A stretch of DNA of 64,000 bases from Octopus bimaculoides. Taxonomy: Eukaryota. The notes beneath the pieces are model-generated. The model had not been told where the DNA came from, ran no database searches, and worked only from the letters and a program-made list of their open reading frames with translations. The stretch spans positions 72,757,717 through 72,821,716 of the forward strand of contig NC_068988.1 of assembly GCF_001194135.2 (NCBI RefSeq). The letters run 5' to 3'. Shown in pieces: positions 53,694 to 64,000 of the stretch (positions are counted from its first letter, which is position 1; each line of letters starts with the position of its first letter). A program made the translations under genes and the position numbers.

Positions 53694-54137
53694 CTGTAAC
53701 AATAAGAAGCAGTTATATTTTAAACACATAAAAACAAAGTTCTGAACAGAATTTCTTTGTTTCTTCATTCATTAAATATTTTAAAACTGAACCATACCAC
53801 ATTGATATACTTGAACTGATATTATTCCTAACAAGTAACTTACACATTTATGAATTTATAAAATAGGCATTTAAATTGCTGGTTATATGTTCAACATTGA
53901 GTTAAGAGAACTCTAATACTTACTGTAATAATCTGGTAAAGACTTCATTTGTAAGTGGATTTATTTCATACATTAATAATAATTTTATATAGAGTATAAT
54001 TCTTTTATACATAATAATGTGAAGAAGTTAGTGAACTTGTGATCAAACAAAAAATACTTAATTTTAAGTCATTACTGAGATTTGGGAAGTGGAACATAAA
54101 CAATGATGAATTCATTTGTAATAAGTAGAGATCCTAC

Positions 54138-54269
54138 CTGATATCTCTTTCTACATCACCTCTACAGTTTGTTTTGTGATATTTCTTAAATTGGTGACAT
54201 TTTAGTTGTGTAGCTCCATCAATTTTGTTGATACCATCACCTTCCGAACAACACTTAAAGCAGCGACAG
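54138..54269 (-). CDS. GPR155: GPR155-like penultimate exon
   Basis: ttgtag| ... AG|gtagga, 132 nt; LKCHQFKKYHKTNC resembles TCQQFIHYHRDLC of GPR155 (recalled). Confidence 0.8.
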
Positions 54270-55174
54270 CTACAATAGATAAAGTTTATGTAAGTTTTCT
54301 TTGGAGCAATGCTCATAACTTATTTTTCATTGTTGAGTATATTTGTTGTAGTTCCACCTTCATACAATATCATCAACCGCAAATCAACTTAGCAGGCTCA
54401 ATTTTTCTATAATCAGGTGATCTCAGCCAAATTTATGTAAAGGTATGATCATTCCTTTATAAGTAGCTGAAACTGTCGATGGGGACTGAGTCACTGATTT
54501 GGATAACCTATAACTAAATGACACACTAGCATGCCAACCAGAAATTTTAGTATCAACTAAATGACACAGAGTGCTAACTAGGGAATATATATATTCATTT
54601 TATACCCAAGTTCACACCAAGAAAAGAACATTGTTTCAACTTTTTAGAGCTAAACGGGAATTAACAGATATTATTGCCAAATGAATCCAAACAAGCTATC
54701 TTTGATCAGATAGTTGTACTAATGCTAACAATTTCTTAAAATGGTCACAAATTTAGGAGAAAGTCGATTTAATTTACCCTAGAAATTTTTCTTGAGGGTT
54801 TAACCAGAGAAGAGAGAGCAGTGCCAATAACTTTTTGGAGAACTTTAAAGAATGGTAGGGAAAGGAAACCATGACTAATGGGTCACAGCAGTAAAACACA
54901 TGCATGAAGACCTCAAATTATTATCCTGAGACTGGGTAGTGGATTAATAAGTCTAGCATCTAAAGAACGGTTCATCCAATCAGCTTTCAGTTTCCATTAA
55001 CCTATTTTCACTCATAAGGCTAAGGTGAAGCCCAGACTATAGAAGAAGACTCTTCCCAGAGGTGCTATGCAGTCCCATGAAATATGGAACATCATGACTG
55101 CAAAATAAAATTCTTACACCAAAGAATTTAGCAAAGACCAAATCCTTCCAAACAAGTAAGGAAACAGACAAAAT

Positions 55175-55975
55175 CACAGATCCCTTCAGGGAGATGGCCC
55201 TGCTCAATGTATAGAAAAGGTATTCATAGAAACTTCATACAGTGTACCCAGTGCAAGTTATGGATACATAATAGGTACAGTGGTCACAGGAAAGTTAAAA
55301 GTTTATTGAACCTGCACATCTTTTGCACACTATGTAGTCTTTGTGTGCAGCAGATATGCACAACAAATGTACACAAAATAGACTCCCTCAAATGTCAGTG
55401 AGGATTCTTAGAAGTAGTAAGTAGTTTCTGTTAGCTAGGCAACCAAGTTACCAGTGGAGGAGGGTGGTCTGAAAATGTAGCTGCTAGAATAAAATTGGCT
55501 GGGTAAAGTTCAGAGAGCTGCTACCATTGCTGATAACAAAGGGCCTCTCCTTCAGAATGAAAGGCAGTTTGTATGATGCCTGTGTACGAAAAATTACACT
55601 GCATAGCAGTGAAACATGGGTTGTGACTTCAGAGGGCATGTGAAGACTTGAAGAAATGACACCAGTATGCTCTGCTGGATGGGTAATGCTAGTGTGCATA
55701 TAAGACAGAGGGTAAATGATTTAAGAGAAAAATTGGGTACAAGAGGCATCTGATGAAGTGTGCAAGAGTGAAGACTGCACCAGTATGGCCACGTGACGCA
55801 TATGGATAAGGACAGCTGCATAAAGAAGTGCCAGTCTCTAACAGTGGAGGGAACTTGTGAAAGGGGTAGACATGAGACGAAAAATTATTTTCAGAGGTTG
55901 AGCCTCACAAAGAAGATGACAAGGGACCAAGACTTTTGGCAATCTGCTGCGCTTGAAAAGACCTGCTCAGCTAAG
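55175..55975 (+). mobile_element. RTE LINE RT C-terminal fragment
   Basis: WPCS..RKG..RNFIQCTQCKLW... through ...MDKDSCIKKCQSLTVEGTC. Confidence 0.85.
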
Positions 55976-56269
55976 TAAAATCATGGCCATCCATAAGCAT
56001 GTCCTTTATGGCCATAACCCACCCTTTTCCTCTCTCACACACACACATAATTCTGTCCTCTGGCAAAACCCACCCACAATCCATGTCTCCAAAACCCCAC
56101 CACCCACTGCAGAAGCACAAAACCATATATACTGGGCAAATATCAGTACCAGATAGCAAAGTAATGTTTTCTCATTAACCTACATCAGATTTTGCTAACA
56201 TTCTACAGTACATTTAATAAAGTATTTTGACAGAACATCCATCAACTTTGTAACTTGCCATTAAGAACT

Positions 56270-57240
56270 TGGCTGAAGTTCTCTCTTCAGAGAAGAGCAT
56301 CCTTGGGACATGAAGAAAATACTTGACTGATTTCCTAAATTCAGTCAATAAAATCTTCCGGTGGATATGAGATGCATCTAGGGATGGAAACTTATCTCAC
56401 AAGCTGAAATTATTAAGGTGATTAAAATGTTTAAATGTGGTAAGGCCACTGGGTAGGATGAAATTCAGTCTGAGATGTTAAGAGCCTTAAGTAGGAGAAG
56501 GTATTCTCTGGGTAATTTGTGTATGCCAAGTGGATTAGACCTCTGGAAAGACACCAAAGCAATGGCAATTTGGAGTGGTAATCTGTTTTTAAAAAAGGGG
56601 GAAACAAAAGAATGCTCTAATTAAAGAGGATTCGCCTTGTTAAACCTTCCTGGTAAAGTCTACACTCAGTGTCATATTCACAAACAATGAGCGGTAGGAA
56701 GCCAAATTGGATGCAGGTACTGGCATAGTAAGGTGCCAACTTCAGCAACTGATCCTCAGAATAGCAGAGATTGCTAAAAAATCCAAACATGCTATCATCA
56801 ATTTGGATTTTGTACCTATCCTCATTTATGCTATGAATGTTGAGTAATGACCAAAAGGATATGATTACGAATACAAGTGGCCAAAACAGGGTTTCTCCAA
56901 AGGAGATCTGAAGTAATGTTACCTGATGGTGCATAGCTCAGAGATCAAGGAGTCTTTCCAGATTGAGTCACAACATCTCTGCATTGAGAGGGTTACAGCT
57001 CTGGTACTACAGACATGTGAGTAGAACGTCACAGGAAAGAATCACAAGACAGATTCTTCAAGCTGAGCCAACCAGCAGGAGACATAAGTGAAACAGTTGG
57101 ATGATATCCATAACATCAGTTGGTCATGCTTGGAAATTCTGTTGGAAAGTGTAATGAAGTCAGCTTCTGATAGGATCCTATGATGTATGTGCCTGATGAC
57201 TCCACCCACTGACACTTTTAAGAATAATGGGTGGTGAAAA
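56270..57240 (+). mobile_element. Second RTE family (Expander/Rex3-like), internally deleted and degenerate
   Basis: DEIQSEMLRAL...KKGETKECSN*RGFALLNLPGKVY, then PILIYA...ES.QIE...IER.QL.Y.HVSR. Confidence 0.7.
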
Positions 57241-57348
57241 TTGACATATGGGTGGATGAACATTTAAAAACAAACAAATTAACAAAGCTAAATGCAACTT
57301 CTATGATAAAAATAATTTGGAGAGAACAAAGCAAAAATCAGTTGTTAC

Positions 57349-57413
57349 CTGGCAAGAAAAGCTCCAAGTCGCATTTTGACATCAAAACCAAAAATAACAA
57401 ATAAAATGAGTCC
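57349..57413 (-). CDS. GPR155: GPR155-like exon, last TM segment
   Basis: ttctag| GLILFVIFGFDVKMRLGAFLA AG|gtaaca, 65 nt, phase 0 to 2. Confidence 0.78.
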
Positions 57414-57736
57414 CTAGAAATAAAATTGAAGTAATAACCATTAATTAATTATTTATTAATTATTAATAACCATTTATTAATTACCAAGATAAAAGTCAGG
57501 AAAAATATAAATACATTAAAATTTGTGAATATATCAAAAATGTCTTCATATTTTGTTCACAATGCTGAAATTAACATGATTTCTTCAAAAATTCATTTTA
57601 TTTATTTATTTTTTTCAATGTTTTAAATTTCAGAAATTCATTTCCAGAATTTGTGCATGATGCTTGATACAACACATCTTGTTATACAATCTGTATGGCA
57701 CTATTCCATGATAATGTATTTCAGAGCTAGAAATAC

Positions 57737-58840
57737 CTGGAATCACTACCCTCACAAGAATAGTAGAGCCTCTTGGAGATTACACTCTCATTCATCATTA
57801 AAGCTCATGCAATATCCAGAAGATATACTCAGGAGAGACACTAATATCAGTCAATTATATCAAGCCTACTACTAGACTGGTGCTTATTTTTTTGAATCCA
57901 GGAGGATGAAAAGCAAAATTGGCCTCTGTGAGATTTGTACTATAAGCATAAAGGGCTAGAACTACATACAATAAGGTATTTTGTCTGATACTTTAATGAT
58001 TGTACCAGTCCATTGCCTACAAAAAGAATAAGACAGACATTCAGGCTAGCAGAAACTGAAGTAAAAAAACAGTTTTAGATTATTTAGAGGTATTATTATT
58101 GTTTTGTTGGCTAACGTTGTTGTTCTTATCTTGTTACAATCTTCTATTATTGATGTTAGTTCAGATCTACCCCTCCTCTTTTGTTTTATTCTTCAAGATT
58201 TCCCTCCTCTCAGTTAGGAGGTACAAACACTTTCACACACACATGATGGGAACTTCTACCACCAACCAAATTCAATCACAAGGCTTCAGTTGGCTCAAGG
58301 CTATAGCAGAAGACACCTGTGCAAAGTGCCATGCAGTGGGACTGAACCTGAAGTAAGCTTCCTAACCTCACAGCCATAAAATATATTTAAATACATTTCA
58401 TATATTTTTATAAATTATCAAAAATATCCCACTTGTAAAAACTTTCTTTAACTTTTATAAAAACCAAGTTAGTAGAATGTAATCTGACCTAGCAATCGGC
58501 TCAGAGAAGTTATTATAAATACATTTGCTACATTTACAAGGTTTAGCAGAAAGCACTGAAGCAGTACAAACATCCATAACATTTGATAAGTGGGTAAACA
58601 TTTGCAATCTACCCATTTATTTGGGCAGCTTACAGGAACATTTTCATTCAATAGAATACTTCCAACCATGCAAAATATTTCAGAAGAGAAACTCTCAGGT
58701 TAGCATCTGATAGAATTAGTAATTCAGCTACCATATTTCTAATCTTATTAAATTGTTCCTTTTGAGTTTATTTGTAGGAACAAAATAAATAAATACCTCA
58801 CTGCTTTCTTTGACAGAATATCCTTCTTTTTGGGAATTCT
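57737..58840 (-). pseudogene. GPR155: Decayed GPR155-like upstream exon blocks
   Basis: 57737-57865 reads LILVSLLSIS..IA*ALMMNES..ALLFL*G**FQ|gt (cf. W.L...G.Y.ELLFLD..LN.GQ); 58469-58706 reads KCLP.YQML...LLQ...LLGQITF (cf. KQLPHML...AQ...VGQIL); stops and frameshifts; weak by-eye alignments. Confidence 0.45.
58240..58375 (-). mobile_element. SINE family A 5' fragment
   Basis: Reverse complement of the family A head. Confidence 0.65.
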
Positions 58841-58859
58841 ATGTAACACAATGGACTTT

Positions 58860-59135
58860 TACTAGTAGACCATTTTCTTAATTACAAAGACTGCTTGATA
58901 ATTTCCTAGCTAAGTTTGATGACTTGTGGAAGCTGAAGCCCTGCTATGCATTTCTTGTAAATCCATCTGTGGTTGATGTGATCAATGATGGATGTCCAAT
59001 TTGCGAACTTCTGGTTACAAAATCATCTACTGAGGAAATGGAACTAATGGAATTACAGGAGGACCTGGGTCTAAAGATGATCCATAAATTCCAGTCTATA
59101 ATTGAGTTCTGGAAAGAAGTTATAGAAATCTGAAA
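58860..59135 (+). mobile_element. hAT transposase C-terminal fragment
   Basis: LKPCYAFLVNP...ELMELQEDLGLK...IEFWK, the lead-in to the hAT dimerisation domain. Confidence 0.65.
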
Positions 59136-59329
59136 AGACTATAAATGAGGGGTGTACACGTGCTTTACCTTTGCCAAGGTGCCTAACTGTTATCTTGGAA
59201 TTGATTTGCTTACAAGAAATGGAGAGATCAACAGTGAAGAGACTGGAAATCCAAGACAAATAAAGATATACTGTATTGCACACATGCCAACATAGAGTCC
59301 TTATTGACTTAATATTGGGTTTTCTATAA

Positions 59330-59597
59330 GGTGGCGAGCTGGCAGAAACGTTAGCTCCCCTCTGTGTGTAACCCCTTGTGGGCAGTAAAGAAATAAGAGA
59401 CGTTAGCATGTTGGGTGAAATGCTTAATGGTATTTCGTCTGTCTTTACGTTCTGAGTTCAAATTCCGCCAAGGTCAACTTTGCTTTTCATCCTTTTGGGA
59501 TCGATAAATTAAGTACCAGTTGCGCACTGGGGTTGATCTAACTGACTGGCCCTCTCCCCCAAAATTTTGGGCCTTGTGCCAAGAGTAGAAAAGAATC
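59330..59597 (+). mobile_element. SINE family B, full length
   Basis: aaggtggcgagctggcagaaacg...gttcaaattcc...ttttcatccttttgggatcgataaattaagtaccag...gtagaaaagaat. Confidence 0.88.
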
Positions 59598-59689
59598 TTG
59601 GGTTTTCTATGTTTTGATTTTTAAAATTAGTTTCGGAGAGATTTCCTTAAATTTTAACTATTATTTATAGAAGACAGAATTCTTAGTCT

Positions 59690-61370
59690 GACTAAGCCCG
59701 GGCAGCAGCTGTGATACTTTGTAGATGTAGGCTTGCCAACATTCTACAGCATGAGATATTGCACATTGCAAGACGTGAAAACTGAGATGATGTGAATAAG
59801 AAGTGTGTACAAATGGATAATAATACACTTGTACTTAGTGATTCTGAAAAGAAAAAGAGGCATGGAAATGCTTCTATGAAATGCTACTGAATGTAGAAAA
59901 CCCAACAAAGAGACCAGATATTTTTATTGACAATAGTATGATGAAATAATTAGGGACACAAAGTCAGGAAAAGCCCCTGGACTATCAGGAATTACTGCTA
60001 AGAATGCTTAAAATGCAGGAGTAGGATGTGGCTTAGTTATTTGCACAGTCAATGAGGTTGTATACAAAGTTGTTTTAGCAAAGATACAAGAGTCAGTAAT
60101 ATGACACAGTACAGAAAGTTATTAAACACATTGAAAATCAAAATACAAAGGTTGACATGATACATGTTCAAATAACTAGGACAAATTCAATTTGTACAAA
60201 CATTGGTTTCATTCTAGAAAGTCATAATGAAGAAAGTCAACAGTTTACAAAAAGATTCAGAAGGCAGTATTTTGTTTTGCTATTAAAAAATTAGTTATTT
60301 TTACATCCTGTAAGAACACTAAACAATTGTGTGCAAAAGGATTTTTACTGTTTACGAAAATTAACAAACATTAGAGCCTCAGTTTGAAGGAAATGTAGTG
60401 AAAGACATGAATGGATCAGGTTTCACTAACTATATATTTTATCAGAGTTCAACTGCCATAAATATGAGTATGAATATTGATTCCATAATGTGGACGCTAG
60501 TACTGCTAAAAGAACAAAATTCTGCAAGCTGGATATATCAATTAAACAAATTCTTTGAAGCAATAATTGGAATGTCAAGTGAAGAACTTATAGAAGAGTC
60601 AAAGTTGCTCAGGATAACTTAAATAACTTCTCAATCATTCTGAAAATATAATAGCTAAGGAACCAAAATATATCACTTTCCATGTTTTAGATGAAGCTGA
60701 CAGGATGAGGAGCTTCAAAGTGACATGGTTGACCATCCAACATACTAGCAGCAACTGAACTAACTTTTTATCTGAAGGTACATTGGGCAGAAGTTGTTGC
60801 TTGAATCCGTACAACGCCAACCCTACCTGGTTTGCATCTGACGAAGCGCAACTAACTCGCACCTCAGTGAAAAATAGTTTTATCATGTCTCACTACATTG
60901 TCATTCATAATGACTAGCATAGAAGCATGAGAGTCAATCACTGTAAAGGTAAAAGAGATGCTTTAGAGAGAGGAAATTATAGAAGTATCAAATTGAGGGA
61001 CTAAATCATGGAAGTTACAGAAAGATTTATAGCTTAAATAATTAAAAAGAGATTGGAACTAAATGAGATGCAGTCTGTTTTTGTGCCAAGGAAAAGTACT
61101 CCTGATGCTCTCTTCCTAGTAAGACAACTGCTGAAGTACTTAATCAAAAGTAATGTGCTGTATTTAGCATTTGTTGACCTGAAGAAAGTCATACAAGCCA
61201 TGTACAGAAATACTGCCAGTAAGTTGAGTTAACAATGAGTACAGTGATGACTTTAAAGTGCAGTCCATCAGAGCTTGGTTCTCAGTTCCCTTCTATTCAT
61301 CACAGTCCTACAAACCATAACAGAAGAATTTAAGAACAGTTGCCAGTGGGAAGTTCTATATGCTAGTGAT
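59690..61370 (+). mobile_element. Degenerate RTE LINE split by an 824-bp insert
   Basis: KSGKAPGLSGI..VN.VV before 60073 continues after 60898 as ND...VN..KGK.DAL.RGNYR.IKL and FVDLKK. Confidence 0.7.
60074..60897 (+). pseudogene. Highly decayed intronless DEAD-box RNA helicase fragment
   Basis: Ordered motif remnants across shifting frames: Q motif KGFLLFTKI(Q)QTLEP, motif I GSG(F)T, TLVL, IIGMS, LLNHSEN, VLDEADRM (about 60684-60707), FLS..T; spacing fits the family. Confidence 0.55.
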
Positions 61371-61382
61371 CCCTTTCATATA

Positions 61383-62913
61383 CACTGAACCGCAAAAAAA
61401 AAACCCGCAAGATGTGTATGACCATGAAATATGTTTTAATTTCATTATGGCAGAGATAAATTTTCATAAATCTGATAAAGTCAATTTTTTGGATGCACTT
61501 TGACCACAGTCTATGGGTCATCATCATATGTTCTGGTAGTGGGCGGATCCAGCACATCAAGATTTTAGGGCATGACATGTTCAATACCATGTGTGCCCTC
61601 CCTAGGTGTTCAAAACGGCCATACACCATTGTACATGAACTGCATGAGGCAGCTCACAAAAGCCATTGGTACCTGTACCCACATCCTGAGGAAAGCTGCT
61701 TCCAGTTCTACATGAGTTGTCAGCCTTAGGACCACCTGGTTCGGCCGTTTCTGGATTTCATCCCACAGGTGTTCAATTGGGTTCAAATCCAGGCTGAGAG
61801 CCGGCCATAGCATGGTTCTGACTACAAATTATCTTCCTTTCTTAACCACCATACATTGCTCTCCCCCAGGCATTATATGCAGGAAATCCATGGAAGTCCA
61901 TGTGAGAGGGAGCATTGTCCTGCTGGAACATGTGGCTATGGTGATGTGCGAAGAAGGGCTGTGATGCTATTTCCTCTGCCTTTACCAGCATTTTGGAAAC
62001 CATGGGGCCCAATTGTCTGATTCAAGTCTATAGCACCCCAAACCATGATGATTTGGTCACTCCAAGTGTCTCACCATGACACACGCATCTCTATAGCATT
62101 CACCCCTCCTATGCCACACCCTCACTCTGCTATCCGAAGTGGAAATGCAGTACTAGCTCTCATCAGAGAAGACTATTGACTTCCATTGTTTATGTTCCCA
62201 ATGTAGGTGCTGTGTAGACCACTGCAGTCGTCTCTGACAGTGGTCAGCAGTGAGGACAGACCCTCAAGCAGGACAATGGCAATGCAGGTTGTTGGTGGCC
62301 AGTCAACGTCATACTGCATCATCACTGATGGGTTGCTGTCCAGTGCCAGTGGTCTCACAAGTTGTCATGCTTGCCGGTCTGAAGCGATCACAGAGGTGTT
62401 GCAGGTGGATGAAGTGGTCTTACCTGGGCGAGAGCATCCTCTGCGGGCACAGTCTGAAGTGCTGTTGGTGTTGTTGTATCATTGTTGCAGGCCACAGATG
62501 GTGCTGACATGGACATTGTAAGCTTTCACAACAACCAGGGCACACTGTCCTGCTTGCAATCGGTTGATAGCTTGTTCTCTCTGCACTGCTAACAATTGGG
62601 TCTTCCTGATGCATCAAAATTACGAATGCCAGGAATGCGTTTCAAGTTGATTTTTATACTCAAAACCTCCACAAGATGCACATGCATTTTGGTTTTCATG
62701 ACAACTGTTTTCTAATGCCACCCACAACATTCAACACAAGTGTGCTTTGGCATCTCGTTCCAGGGAAAGTTGAAAGGTTACCTGCAATTTGGGTCTCAGC
62801 CATAAACTACCATGTATTGGAATATTTACACTTACATCCCCGAAATAAATTTTCAGAATTTACCATACAAAAATGACATTTGAAAGAAATCACATTTCTT
62901 TTGCAGTTCAGTC
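61383..62913 (-). mobile_element. Tc1 transposon with short TIRs, defective
   Basis: TA|cactgaaccgcaaaa ... ttttgcagttcagtc|TA; WPALSLDLNPIEHLWDEI; N-terminal HTH remnant. Confidence 0.88.
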
Positions 62914-63039
62914 TAGTTGAATTACCTCTGCTGGAAAAATTAAAAAGAAATTCCTGATGTGGAAGCAAAACTTGTAATCAGAAGGTTGCAAAGTCAACCA
63001 AACAAATAATAAAGTTTTAGTAAGTAGAGAAAACAGACA

Positions 63040-63765
63040 GATCTCTACCTCCATCAGGGAAATGGCCTTGCTCAGCATGTAGAAAAGGAGTAAGTAGGAA
63101 AATTCTATATGGAGTACCTAATGTAAATTATGGATACACAAGTGATGCAGTGTATCATAGATAGGTTAACAGAGAAAGTAGACTTTTGTATGTGGTAGAT
63201 GCTCAGGAGCAATAAGCACTAAGAGTGCAAACGAAATGGACTTTCTCAAATGCCCAGGAGGATCCCTAGAGGTAACAGATGTGGAGGAAGATGTTCTGAA
63301 AGTATAGTTGCTAGAATAAAAACAAGATGGAGAGAGTTCAGTTAGCAATCAGCACTTTTTATACAACTGTTCTCAACTCTACGGCCATACAAACATTTCC
63401 TTCTCTTGTACATTACACCTGATTTCTCTTATACCCGTGTACTCTCTTTACACATTTGCTTTTTTGTCAAATATGCACACTGATGTTGCACTTGGAGCAT
63501 ACTACATCCAATAGAGCATACTACATTTCTTTCTGGTCTTCACATGAAACACGGGCCCTGAATGCAGAGTGTATTCAGGCCCATGTTTCACTACCATGTA
63601 GCATTGCAGTTTGTAAATAAATATCATACAATCTGCCTTTAACTCTTAGAGAAAGACCTTTTGTTTCCAACAGACGTAATAGTTCTCTGAACTTTCTCCA
63701 TTCTGTTCTTATTCTAGCAACTATACTTTCAGAACATTCTCTTCCACTGTTAATTAGGTGACATT
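63040..63765. mobile_element. RTE RT fragments in opposite orientations
   Basis: The + piece (63040-63345) and the - piece (63350-63765) share gttctgaaagtatagttgctagaataa. Confidence 0.75.
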
Positions 63766-63957
63766 TATATATATATATATATATATAAAAACAAGCACAC
63801 AACTGCATCCTCTCATTCAATTTCCTCCTCAGGCCTTTTGTCTGTCTATCACTAACTCCTTCATTACTTACCTAACTGCAATACTTTGCTAGTGTAATTA
63901 AAAGGGAGTAGAACTATATTTGATCATCTTTTTCTTTAATACCAATTTCTCACTTCC

Positions 63958-64000
<43 letters not shown>
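63958..64000. repeat. (TA)n microsatellite
   Basis: Directly visible, runs to the window edge. Confidence 0.95.

Overview
AT-rich, intron-rich, repeat-dense animal genomic DNA. The repeat families look like those of an octopus or other coleoid; this is recalled resemblance, not a database result. The main gene is INCENP on the + strand, CDS 4039-45109, reconstructed by hand as 16 GT-AG exons with consistent phases (2709 nt, 902 aa). It has the N-terminal CPC-binding helix, a low-complexity region with a 12-aa tandem repeat, an E/R/K single alpha-helix and the IN-box; exon 7 is the least certain. Converging on it from the - strand are three well-formed 3' exons of a GPR155/LYCHOS-like gene (last TM plus DEP domain) whose upstream exon-like blocks look decayed. 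There is also an RPP25L-like (Alba) pseudogene and a heavily decayed intronless DEAD-box helicase fragment embedded in an RTE LINE. Mobile DNA includes a two-LTR Gypsy with a 5-bp TSD, three solo LTRs, two Tc1 elements, a mariner, hAT and piggyBac derivatives, TTAA MITEs, CRE, RTE and other LINE fragments, several SINE families and a truncated Penelope-like element. The two best leads are (1) the Gypsy, which has no tRNA-type PBS but an 18-nt PBS-position sequence complementary to its own LTR (Tf1-like self-priming geometry), and (2) the Penelope-like element, whose terminal repeat carries a tRNA-like Pol III promoter upstream of a minimal hammerhead ribozyme and is present as an inverted pair. 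All calls were made by eye. TE boundaries without a stated TSD or TIR are approximate.
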